This document shows, piece after piece, positions 24,292 through 31,662 of a stretch of DNA of 32,000 bases. The stretch is from positions 330,001 to 362,000 of the forward strand of contig JBAZVE010000001.1 in NCBI GenBank assembly GCA_041661045.1, given 5' to 3'. The notes below the pieces were generated by a model, which was not told where the DNA came from, did not search any database, and saw nothing but the letters and a program-made list of their open reading frames with translations. Numbering within the stretch: the first letter of the stretch is position 1; every line of letters begins with the position of its first letter. This DNA is from Candidatus Saccharimonadota bacterium. GTDB lineage: Bacteria > Patescibacteriota > Gracilibacteria > UBA1369 > 2-02-FULL-48-14. A program made the translations under genes and the position numbers.

Positions 24292-26046
24292 ATGAAAATT
24301 CTAGCACAAGAGTTCAAAGCTGTTTTTTGTCAGGCGGTGCTGGGGGCCTTCCCCGAACTCAGTCCCGAGGAGGTTTTTGAATCTGTTGGGCTGGAGGAAC
24401 CCAAAAATAAAGATCACGGAGATTATGCGTGCAGTGTTGCTTTTAAATTGAGCAAACGATTTGGAGAAAACCCTCGAACCATTGCCGAAAAGGTTATTGA
24501 AAATTTCCCAAAGGATTACCGCGTGGAGTCGCTGGAGTTTGCGCCGCCCGGTTTCATCAACTTAAAACTCAGTGATGAATATTTGGCAGAGATGCTCAAA
24601 CAATTGGAGCAAGGTTTTAGCGTGGAGACAGGGGCGGGGCGGTCCGAGGATCACGATAAACCTGTGATTGTGGAATATTGCGCCACCAATGCCGCCAAAC
24701 ACATGGGTGTGCACCACATTCTTTCCACCGTGATTGGAGATACCCTTGCGAACTTGTTGGATTTTATGGGCCATGCCGTGGTGCGCATCAACCATTTGGG
24801 AGACTGGGGTATGAATTTTGCAAAGCTTATTTACGCCATTGAAGTGTGGGGCGATATGAATGAAATCCACAAACACCCCAACGATGAATTCACTCGGCTG
24901 TATGTGAAGTTTCATGAAGAGGCTGAGAAAAATCCGGATTTGGAGGAGGAGGCCCGAAAGATTTTTAAAGCTTTGGAGGAGGATATGGAGGAGGCTGGGG
25001 CGGACTCGGCTTCGCCAAGGATAGAACTCTGGAAATGGATTGTGCATGAGAGTTTGGAGGATTTGAAGAAAATGTTTACGCGGCTCGGAACCGAGTTCGA
25101 CCACATCACCGGGGAGAGTTTTTACCTCAAGATGGCGGATGAAATTTTGGAGGAAGGGAAAAAGCGCGGCCTTTTTGTGGAGGGGGAGCGGGGGGCTTTG
25201 ATTTTTGATATGGGTGAGGGGGAGGTGCCGGCTTTGATTCAAAAGGCGGATGGGACTTCCTTGTATTTGACGCGAGACATCGCCACGGTGAAATACCGCG
25301 TGGAGACCTGGCATCCGGAAAGCATTTTATATGTGGTGGACACGGCGCAGTCGCTGCACTTTAAGCAAGATTTCGCCATCGCCAAGGCCCTGGGTTATGA
25401 CGAAGGAACCGGACTTGAGCATATTTCTTTTGGCCGAATGAGTTTTGCGGACGCGTCCATGAGCAGCCGAAAAGGCAATGTGATTCGTCTGGAATTTTTG
25501 CTGGATGAAGCGGTGAAGCGCGCTGCCGAGCTTTCGGGGAATCGCGGTACCGAACTCCCCCGGAAAGATTTTGCAGCCGCGGCTGAAACGGTGGGCGTGG
25601 CCAGTGTGAAGTACGCCATTTTGTCGCAAGACCGAAACAAAGACATTGTCTTTGATTGGGATAAAATCATTACGCTCGAGGGCAATTCCGCACCTTACCT
25701 GCTCTACTCGTATGCCCGTGCCCGCAGCATCGCTGCCAAGGTGGGCGACCTTCCTTTGAGCGGGATGCCGGAGCTCAGCAAGGAATCGGAAAAAAATATT
25801 GTGCGCCATTTGGTGAAATTTCCGGATGTTTTGCAGCGAGCCCTGGACGAACGAAAACCCCACGGCATTTGTACGGCGCTTTATGAGCTCTGCCAAGAAT
25901 TCAACCGCTTTTATGGAACCACTTCGGTGGCCGGCGCCGAAACCGAGCTCCAAAAACGTAGCCGCCTCGGGCTGGTTTACGCCTTTTCGTATGCGCTCAA
26001 ATCAGGCCTCAGTGTCTTGGGGATTCCGGTGCTGGAGAGGATGTAG
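24292..26046 (+). CDS. argS: Arginine--tRNA ligase
   Basis: Class I synthetase. HIGH-type CATNAAKHMGVHH, ArgRS N-terminal domain, SSRKG (the KMSK-equivalent) and DALR anticodon-binding C-terminus ending ...VLERM. ATG at 24292 lies 6 nt after TATAGT. Confidence 0.93.
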   Translation: MKILAQEFKAVFCQAVLGAFPELSPEEVFESVGLEEPKNKDHGDYACSVAFKLSKRFGENPRTIAEKVIENFPKDYRVESLEFAPPGFINLKLSDEYLAEMLKQLEQGFSVETGAGRSEDHDKPVIVEYCATNAAKHMGVHHILSTVIGDTLANLLDFMGHAVVRINHLGDWGMNFAKLIYAIEVWGDMNEIHKHPNDEFTRLYVKFHEEAEKNPDLEEEARKIFKALEEDMEEAGADSASPRIELWKWIVHESLEDLKKMFTRLGTEFDHITGESFYLKMADEILEEGKKRGLFVEGERGALIFDMGEGEVPALIQKADGTSLYLTRDIATVKYRVETWHPESILYVVDTAQSLHFKQDFAIAKALGYDEGTGLEHISFGRMSFADASMSSRKGNVIRLEFLLDEAVKRAAELSGNRGTELPRKDFAAAAETVGVASVKYAILSQDRNKDIVFDWDKIITLEGNSAPYLLYSYARARSIAAKVGDLPLSGMPELSKESEKNIVRHLVKFPDVLQRALDERKPHGICTALYELCQEFNRFYGTTSVAGAETELQKRSRLGLVYAFSYALKSGLSVLGIPVLERM

Positions 26047-26755
26047 AAAGCTCTCGGCCTTTGCCCTTCATCTCCATCCAAAATTCACGCTTGTAATCCT
26101 CAAAGAATTCAAGTGCATCTGTATCGTTGGCCTCAAAAGCACCCTTGCCCACCGCCTCAAACGCATCTTTTTTGATTTTGAGATTTTCGTAAGCGGCGAA
26201 TATAGCCTCCATCTTGCCACTCAATTCAGCATCGCTGGCAACCATTTCTTTCATTGTGGCAATAAGCTTGTCCGGTGACTTGTCGCCGGTTGCAAAATAA
26301 TCTCTACCCTCGGCCCAAATGCCATCCCACATGCTGCTGGCCAGTTCGCTGAGTCCTTTTGCGGTCGTGGCCTTATCTTTTAGGGCAATCATAAAATCGT
26401 AGAGTTTCAACAAGAGGCCTCCAGCCGCACCCTGTAGGTCGGCAAAGGCCAGCTGAACGGCTTCCACTCTTTCTTTTACTTCCCGCTTTGCTGCAGTTTC
26501 CACCGCGGTCGGAAAAGCCTCTACCGCTTGTGTGCCCACATAGCCAAGACCTCCAATGGTTGCCACGCCCACAGCCCCGATCCCCACCCATGTCATGGCC
26601 TTCGACACGCGAGATCTGAATGTATCCATCCATGTTCTTGGTTCTGCGGCACTGAGCTCAGCCTCAATGACATCGAGAGCGTCGCGTGCTTGGGGTGACA
26701 ATTCGGCCTCCTTGAGCCTTTTTACTGCCGCCAATGTTTCCGCTGCTTCATCCAT
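26009..26755 (-). CDS. Hypothetical membrane-anchored helical protein
   Basis: One TM segment (WVGIGAVGVATIGGLGYVG) followed by an Ala/Glu/Lys-rich helical region. Start overlaps the upstream stop (ATGGATGA). The 3' end overlaps the argS 3' end by 38 nt. Confidence 0.5.
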   Translation of the reverse strand: MDEAAETLAAVKRLKEAELSPQARDALDVIEAELSAAEPRTWMDTFRSRVSKAMTWVGIGAVGVATIGGLGYVGTQAVEAFPTAVETAAKREVKERVEAVQLAFADLQGAAGGLLLKLYDFMIALKDKATTAKGLSELASSMWDGIWAEGRDYFATGDKSPDKLIATMKEMVASDAELSGKMEAIFAAYENLKIKKDAFEAVGKGAFEANDTDALEFFEDYKREFWMEMKGKGRELSTSSPAPESPRH

Positions 26756-27257
26756 TTAGATCTTCTTTATGATTAAATCGACTTATTAATTCAGCGATGT
26801 CCATCTTGATCTCCTCTTTCACTCCGCCCCACACGGCATTTAGGACTTTTTCCTGGTCGAATTTTCCGTATTCGCGCTTGGCGATTTCTTTGATGTGATC
26901 CAGCGCTTCATCGGTTTTCATTTTGGCATAATTGAAACTGGTTTTTGTGTTTTCCCACTGCACCGCAAGTTCAGGGTGTTTTTGCACAATTTTTTCGAGA
27001 TTTTGGTCAAGATGCCGCACCAAGTTGTCCGGTGACCAGTTTTTTTGCGTGAGGAGCTCCTGGATGTCCTTTAAAAGGCCCAGGCCGCCCGCCGTCACCA
27101 ACTTGAGGCCGTCACGCCACGAGTCCGGGCGAATGATTTGGCTTAGGAAAGCCTTAAAATCCTGTCTAAACTCCTCCGCTGCCTCCCCCGCCGAAAGCAC
27201 GGCGCTTCGCGCCTTCTCTTTGCTTTCTTCCAGATTGAATGGGAGGGATGGATTCAT
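26748..27257 (-). CDS. Hypothetical helical protein, possible paralog of 26009..26755
   Basis: Start at MNPSLPFNLEES (ATG 27257), preceded by an extended -10-like TGCTACAAT. Weak shared strings with the downstream protein: AGGL.LL, SPD[NK]L, and EL..[QK][WM]E...........K.K.D.A (ELAVQWE...KMKTDEA vs ELSGKMEA...LKIKKDAFEA). Confidence 0.5.
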   Translation of the reverse strand: MNPSLPFNLEESKEKARSAVLSAGEAAEEFRQDFKAFLSQIIRPDSWRDGLKLVTAGGLGLLKDIQELLTQKNWSPDNLVRHLDQNLEKIVQKHPELAVQWENTKTSFNYAKMKTDEALDHIKEIAKREYGKFDQEKVLNAVWGGVKEEIKMDIAELISRFNHKEDLNG

Positions 27258-27405
27258 GAGAAACGATCTTCTTATTGTAGCACAATTCTCCATTCAGAGG
27301 AAGATTTACTTGCTTGCAGAAAGCGAAATCCCTAGACTGTGGTGGCTCTTTTAAATTGAGGGGTAACAGGCGGGGACAGAGGAACACTCTGCGCTCCGCG
27401 CAGTA

Positions 27406-27499
27406 GGAGAGGTGGCCGAGTGGCCGAAGGCGGCGGTTTGCTAAACCGTTATACGGTGTTAAAGCCGTATCGAGGGTTCGACTCCCTCCCTCTCCGCCA
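27406..27499 (+). tRNA. tRNA-Ser (anticodon GCU), CCA encoded
   Basis: Hand-folded cloverleaf: acceptor GGAGAGG/CCTCTCC, 3-bp D stem, anticodon stem GCGGT/ACCGT with loop TTGCTAA, long variable arm ATACGG/CCGTAT, T arm GAGGG-TTCGACT-CCCTC, discriminator G, then CCA. Confidence 0.9.
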
Positions 27500-27517
27500 T
27501 TATTTTTACCAGTAAAA

Positions 27518-28000
27518 CTATTCTAGGTTGTATTGTCTTTTTGCTGTTTTAAGCCAGCCCTTGGCCGCAAGAACATTTCCCGAGAGGTATTGAGCATCGC
27601 GGTGTGGCGGCAAACTGCTGATCGATTGTTCAAATAGCCTAGAAGCCGCGTCGATTATATCCGCCACAGTACGCCTGTATGCTGGGTTGACTTGGCCGCG
27701 AAAAAGTAAACTCTGCATGTAATCCAGTGGAGACCCCATCGCTTCCGGATCAATTGCTTCTAAACTAACAAGGCCAGCTACCCCTCTGATAAAGTCAAAT
27801 AATTTATTCCACTCCTCTAGCAAAGCTGGAGATAATCTTGAATCAAGGTTGCGTGCGTACACAGCAGGATTCCTCAGAGTAATTTCAATGCTAGTAAGCG
27901 GGTCTGCACCCAATTCGGGCTTACCGCTTGTGTATAGTTCCGTCCATTCTTCTGCAACTTCAACCTGTGCACGGCCAAGGTCTGCCGGATTAGTGGCCAA
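27518..28000 (-). CDS. Orphan hypothetical protein (160 aa), TTG start
   Basis: ORF track only. There is no in-frame ATG near the 5' end (TTG at 28000, TAA two codons upstream). It lies in a visibly lower-GC stretch just 3' of tRNA-Ser. No family recognised. Confidence 0.4.
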   Translation of the reverse strand: MATNPADLGRAQVEVAEEWTELYTSGKPELGADPLTSIEITLRNPAVYARNLDSRLSPALLEEWNKLFDFIRGVAGLVSLEAIDPEAMGSPLDYMQSLLFRGQVNPAYRRTVADIIDAASRLFEQSISSLPPHRDAQYLSGNVLAAKGWLKTAKRQYNLE

Positions 28001-28156
28001 ATTATTTATTCTTCCCTACTATCTGTTCCACCGTCTGGTTGGGAGATACTGAGTGGCATAATTTATGGTTTAAAAAGCACATTGTACGCTTTTTCTGTGC
28101 TTCCGTCAAGCGTCTGCGGGCTCTGGGCTATTGGAAGAGCTCATTTCAAAATCTAA

Positions 28157-28204
28157 ATGGCTTACTTAAGCCATAAATTGAGGCAAAATCTGTGCCCGGG
28201 CACA
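28157..28204. promoter_or_regulatory. Two perfect palindromes upstream of the nitroreductase gene
   Basis: ATGGCTTA-CT-TAAGCCAT (28157-28174) and TGTGCCCGGGCACA (28191-28204). A TGTATGAT extended -10-like box follows about 80 nt downstream. Confidence 0.35.
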
Positions 28205-28323
28205 TGTGTTTTTGCGAACTTCTTGAGTCATCAAAATGTTTAAAAAACCGTGTCTGGTACCCTTTGGTAATCCCACATGAATCGTGTATGATGGTCCACG
28301 ACGACTTTTTAACCTCACACAAA

Positions 28324-28953
28324 ATGGATTTGATTCAACAGCTCAATTGGCGTTACGCAACGAAAGGGTTTGATCCGGCGCAAAAGTTGACGGAGGAGCA
28401 AGTGGCTTCGCTTAAAACGGTGCTGCAGCTTTCGCCCTCTTCTTTTGGATTACAGCCTTATAAAATTGTGCGAGTGAAGAGTGCGGAAATGCGGGCCAAG
28501 CTGCGCGAGGTGTCTTGGGGGCAGCCTCAAGTGACCGATGCGGCGGATCTTTTTGTGCTGTGCCGACGAGATAAAATCGATGAGCATTATGTGGAGGGAT
28601 TCATTCAATTGAGCGCGACCACTCGTGGAGTTGAGGCCTCCAGCTTTGATGCTTATAAACAGATGATCCTCGGTTTTGTGAGCGGACTCACCCCGGAGAC
28701 TTATGCCGTTTGGGCCGACAAACAGGTTTATTTGGCGCTTGGCAATTTACTCACCAGCTGTGCCGTGATGAACATCGATGCCTCTCCCATGGAAGGCTTT
28801 GATGCGTCCAAGTACGACGAAATTCTGGAACTTCCTGCAAAAGGGCTCCACGCCACGGTGATTTGTGCCGTTGGAATGCGCTCCGCTGAAGACAAATATG
28901 CCGGTGCCAAGAAGGTCCGCTATTCCCAGGAAGAACTTTTCCTTGACTTGTAA
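28324..28953 (+). CDS. NAD(P)H nitroreductase family oxidoreductase
   Basis: Start at MDLIQQLNWRYATKGFD (ATG 28324). Nitroreductase-fold strings include RYATKGF, SPSSFGLQPYKIV and ASPMEGFD; 209 aa. Confidence 0.8.
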   Translation: MDLIQQLNWRYATKGFDPAQKLTEEQVASLKTVLQLSPSSFGLQPYKIVRVKSAEMRAKLREVSWGQPQVTDAADLFVLCRRDKIDEHYVEGFIQLSATTRGVEASSFDAYKQMILGFVSGLTPETYAVWADKQVYLALGNLLTSCAVMNIDASPMEGFDASKYDEILELPAKGLHATVICAVGMRSAEDKYAGAKKVRYSQEELFLDL

Positions 28954-29070
28954 GGAAAATCCTGTAGAATTGACCGTGTTGTATTTCCGTTCAGTCAAAG
29001 CAAATGTCTTTTACACTCACGGCGGGTCGAAATCACAAAAATAAGTCCATTATTCTAATTTCACATATTT

Positions 29071-29358
29071 ATGCAAACTAAAAAATTATTCGTTCGAAAT
29101 CTTCCTTTCAATGCAACGGAAGACCAACTTCGTGAGTTCTTCATGCAATTTGGAGCTGTTGACACCGCTGTGATCATCAAAGACCGTCAAACCGGTCGTA
29201 GCAAGGGATTCGGATTCGTAGAAATGTCCACTATGGAAGAAGCTGAAGCGGCTGTTGCGCAAGCAGGAGACGGTCAGATGACCATGGGAGAACGACAAAT
29301 CTTCGCAAACGAGGCTCAACCTCGCGAAGAACGACCTCGACGAGACGATCGTTACTAA
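29071..29358 (+). CDS. RNA-binding protein, single RRM domain
   Basis: RNP2 KLFVRNLPF and RNP1 KGFGFVEM, with an Arg/Asp-rich tail. Followed by a hairpin and T-run terminator. Confidence 0.85.
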   Translation: MQTKKLFVRNLPFNATEDQLREFFMQFGAVDTAVIIKDRQTGRSKGFGFVEMSTMEEAEAAVAQAGDGQMTMGERQIFANEAQPREERPRRDDRY

Positions 29359-29392
29359 GAACGAACCCGAAAGGGTTTGCTTATAAAGAAAG

Positions 29393-29417
29393 GCGGGCCT
29401 CCGGGTCCGCTTTTTTT
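29393..29417 (+). terminator. Rho-independent terminator after the RRM protein gene
   Basis: Stem GCGGGCC/GGTCCGC (one G-U pair), loop TCCG, then TTTTTTT. Confidence 0.7.
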
Positions 29418-29479
29418 GTTGAGCGAGACCAGATTTTCTAAAAGAGCAAAGGCATTCCGCTAGGCACCTTTTTAAGGTT

Positions 29480-29488
29480 TGATATAAT
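29480..29488 (+). promoter_or_regulatory. Extended -10 box TGATATAAT for the DUF378 gene
   Basis: TGnTATAAT pattern 34 nt upstream of ATG 29523. Confidence 0.4.
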
Positions 29489-29522
29489 GCTTTTTGTACC
29501 TTTATCCTTAACTCCACCGTTT

Positions 29523-29744
29523 ATGATGGCATGGAAAGGATGCGGCGTTGTCCACAATATCGCCGCTGCTCTCGTCCTCATCGGAGCCCTCAACTGGGGT
29601 CTCATCGGGGTTTTCGAATGGAACCTCGTGAGTGAGCTTCTTGGAAGCTGGCCAGTTGTAGAACGCGTCGTCTACATTGTTGTAGGTGTTGCGGCTCTTG
29701 TTCAAATTGGCGGGTGCTGGTGCACCGCTTGCAAGAGAAAATAG
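29523..29744 (+). CDS. DUF378 family small membrane protein
   Basis: LVLIGALNWGLIGVFEWNLVSELLG...VYIVVGVAAL is typical of DUF378. The track start at 29487 lies inside a TATAAT box, so ATG 29523 is preferred. Confidence 0.75.
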   Translation: MMAWKGCGVVHNIAAALVLIGALNWGLIGVFEWNLVSELLGSWPVVERVVYIVVGVAALVQIGGCWCTACKRK

Positions 29745-29757
29745 TTTTTTTAAAGAG

Positions 29758-29786
29758 GGCGTAACTTTCCGTTGCGTCCTTTTTTT
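29758..29786. terminator. Terminator hairpin between the convergent DUF378 and TPM genes
   Basis: Stem GGCGTAAC/GTTGCGTC (two G-U pairs), loop TTTCC, then CTTTTTTT on the plus strand. On the minus strand the same hairpin is followed by only a weak CTCTTT tract. Confidence 0.6.
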
Positions 29787-29813
29787 GTGCCGACTGTGCC
29801 GCTTGTGCGGTGC

Positions 29814-30656
29814 CTAAAATCGCCCTGAGGCTCCACCTCCCCCAAATCCTCCGCCGCCAAAGCCGCTGGAGCCTCCTCCTCCAAATCCTCCGCCACTCCG
29901 GCCGCCGCCCATCCAAAATCCACTACCCTTGGGCCCTTTGATTTTTGAGAAAAGAAAGGTGGAAAGAATGAAATCCACAAAAAGTCCTCCAAGTGCGCCG
30001 ATTCCGAGTCCAAGCCAACCTCCCGCAATCACGCCAAAGATTCCTCCAAAAATTCCGCCCATCCACCATGCTTTGGTGCTGGAGAACCAACTGAGCAGAG
30101 CCCAGCCGAGCGGGAGAATGAGGAAAAGAAAAATATCCAGAAAGTTTGCGATGGGAACATCAGACGCCGCAGACTCTTCAACGGTGAACGGCTCGCCGCG
30201 AGCCAAAGCCTCCAACTCCGCAACACTTTCCAATACCCCTTGATCGTAATTTCCTTCTTTAAAATAGGGAGTGGCCACTTTGTCTAAAATCAGGTAGGAC
30301 TGGAGGTCTGTGATGGCGCCTTCGAGCCCATAGCCCACTTCGATTCGCATTTCTCTGTCTTCCGGGACGATCAAGAAAACAAGTCCGTTGTCCAAACCCT
30401 CCTGCCCCACTCCCCATTCGCGGCCCAACTCCAAAGCGTAACTTTCGATGGGGTAGTCGTTGAGTGTTGGAATGGTGACAACCACCATGCCGGTGCTTGT
30501 TTCGTCGGCCAGTGTGCTGAGCTGTACTTGCAGAGTAGCCTCTGTGGTGTCCGAAAGCACGCCGGCTTCATCCAAAATATACCAATCCTCACCCGCGGGC
30601 CCAGTTGGGCGCGCGGGGAGATCGATAGCGGCAAAAGCGGTTGAGATGAAATCCAT
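29814..30656 (-). CDS. TPM domain protein (YgcG-like) with TM segment and Gly-rich tail
   Basis: TPM phosphatase-like domain (YILDEAGVLS...MVVVTIPTL...GVGQEGLDNGLVFLIVPEDREMRIEVGYGLEG), TM helices and a GGGFGGGGSSGFGGGG tail. TAATG overlap with lemA. Confidence 0.8.
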   Translation of the reverse strand: MDFISTAFAAIDLPARPTGPAGEDWYILDEAGVLSDTTEATLQVQLSTLADETSTGMVVVTIPTLNDYPIESYALELGREWGVGQEGLDNGLVFLIVPEDREMRIEVGYGLEGAITDLQSYLILDKVATPYFKEGNYDQGVLESVAELEALARGEPFTVEESAASDVPIANFLDIFLFLILPLGWALLSWFSSTKAWWMGGIFGGIFGVIAGGWLGLGIGALGGLFVDFILSTFLFSKIKGPKGSGFWMGGGRSGGGFGGGGSSGFGGGGFGGGGASGRF

Positions 30657-31267
30657 TATTCTCCGATTTCAAATTCAATGACTGGAGCGTCTTCCGTACC
30701 TTCGTCCGATTCAAACAGCGGATAAGCTTCAAATCCAAGCATTCCCGCAAACATGGCGGTGGGGAACACGCGTAATTTTACATTGTAAACGGTGGTGGCG
30801 TCGTTGTAATCCTTGCGAGCCACGGCCACACGGTTTTCACTGCCTTCGAGTTCAATTTGAAAGGATTGGAAACTTTCGGTGGCGGTGAGTTCGGGGTATG
30901 CCTCAACCGTTACCAGCAGGCGAGAGAGAGCGGAGTCGAAACTTTGAGTCGTGGCCATTTGCTCTTCGATGCTGGCGTTGGGATCTCCTGCCGTTTGCGC
31001 CCATGCACTGCGCGCTTCGGTCACGGCGATGAGGGTTTCTTGTTCAAATTCCGCAGTGGCTTCCACGGTGGGAAGAAGCTGCGCCACAAGATCGCTACGG
31101 CGTTGGTATTGCACCTCCACCTGCGCCCAAGTGTTGTTCACGGTTCCTTCTTGAGTCACGAGCCCGTTGTAAAGTCCCATGAGCCAGAGTGCAAAAATAA
31201 CGAGTAGAGCCAGAACTCCTCCAAGCACCAAGAGCCCGGTGGACGAGCGTTTTACTGCTTTTGCCAT
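30656..31267 (-). CDS. lemA: LemA family protein
   Basis: Start at MAKAVKRSS (ATG 31267). N-terminal TM, then YNGLVTQEGTVNNTWAQVEVQYQRRSDL and ENRVAVARKDYNDATTVYN...FP, which are typical LemA strings. Confidence 0.88.
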   Translation of the reverse strand: MAKAVKRSSTGLLVLGGVLALLVIFALWLMGLYNGLVTQEGTVNNTWAQVEVQYQRRSDLVAQLLPTVEATAEFEQETLIAVTEARSAWAQTAGDPNASIEEQMATTQSFDSALSRLLVTVEAYPELTATESFQSFQIELEGSENRVAVARKDYNDATTVYNVKLRVFPTAMFAGMLGFEAYPLFESDEGTEDAPVIEFEIGE

Positions 31268-31414
31268 AGTGTGATTATTAAGGATTATGTGTGCATCATA
31301 ACAAAATTCCATTGAAATCCAAAGCCAGTCTCTGTACCTTGAGGCGGCTATGGTTGTCGCTTACGCGACCTCATGGCTTAGCACTAACAGGAGCCAATTG
31401 GGCTCCGCCCAATA

Positions 31415-31504
31415 GGAGAGATGGCCGAGTGGTTGAAGGCGGCAGTCTTGAAAACTGTTAAGGGCGCAAGCTCTTCGGGGGTTCGAATCCCTCTCTCTCC
31501 GCCA
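31415..31504 (+). tRNA. tRNA-Ser (anticodon UGA), CCA encoded
   Basis: Hand-folded cloverleaf: acceptor GGAGAGA/TCTCTCC, anticodon stem GCAGT/ACTGT with loop CTTGAAA, variable arm AAGGGC-GCAA-GCTCTT, T arm GGGGG-TTCGAAT-CCCTC, discriminator G, then CCA. Confidence 0.9.
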
Positions 31505-31592
31505 GGAGCTAAAAAAGTAGCTGGCCCAAAGGGTCAGATAGTTTTTTGGTGTCTGCGCAGCAGACTGAAGAGGGGGATGAAGCGAAGCGTCT

Positions 31593-31610
31593 ATCCCTCT
31601 CTCTCCGCCA
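31593..31610 (+). repeat. 18-bp direct repeat of the tRNA-Ser(UGA) 3' end (att-like)
   Basis: ATCCCTCTCTCTCCGCCA at 31593-31610 is identical to 31487-31504, which spans the T-arm 3' half, the acceptor 3' strand and CCA. Confidence 0.6.
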
Positions 31611-31662
31611 CCGTAGACGAATTGATTCTAAAGCAGAACATGGAGAACGGTTGTCGTCAGTA

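Noticed and set aside
24562-25953. Two long minus-strand ORFs (250 aa and 208 aa) inside argS
   Set aside because: They lie antisense to a full-length arginyl-tRNA synthetase gene. They have no recognisable domains and odd composition.
27389-27403. GC hairpins just upstream of both tRNA-Ser genes (CTGCGC-TCC-GCGCAG here; GGAGCC-AATTG-GGCTCC at 31390-31406)
   Set aside because: I considered them as terminators or processing signals. They have no U-tracts, no shared sequence and short stems, so there is not enough to call a feature.
29814-29915. GGCGGC-rich repetitive DNA at the TPM gene 3' end
   Set aside because: This is coding low complexity for the Gly-rich tail (GGGFGGGGSSGFGGGGFGGGG) typical of YgcG/TPM proteins, not an independent repeat element.
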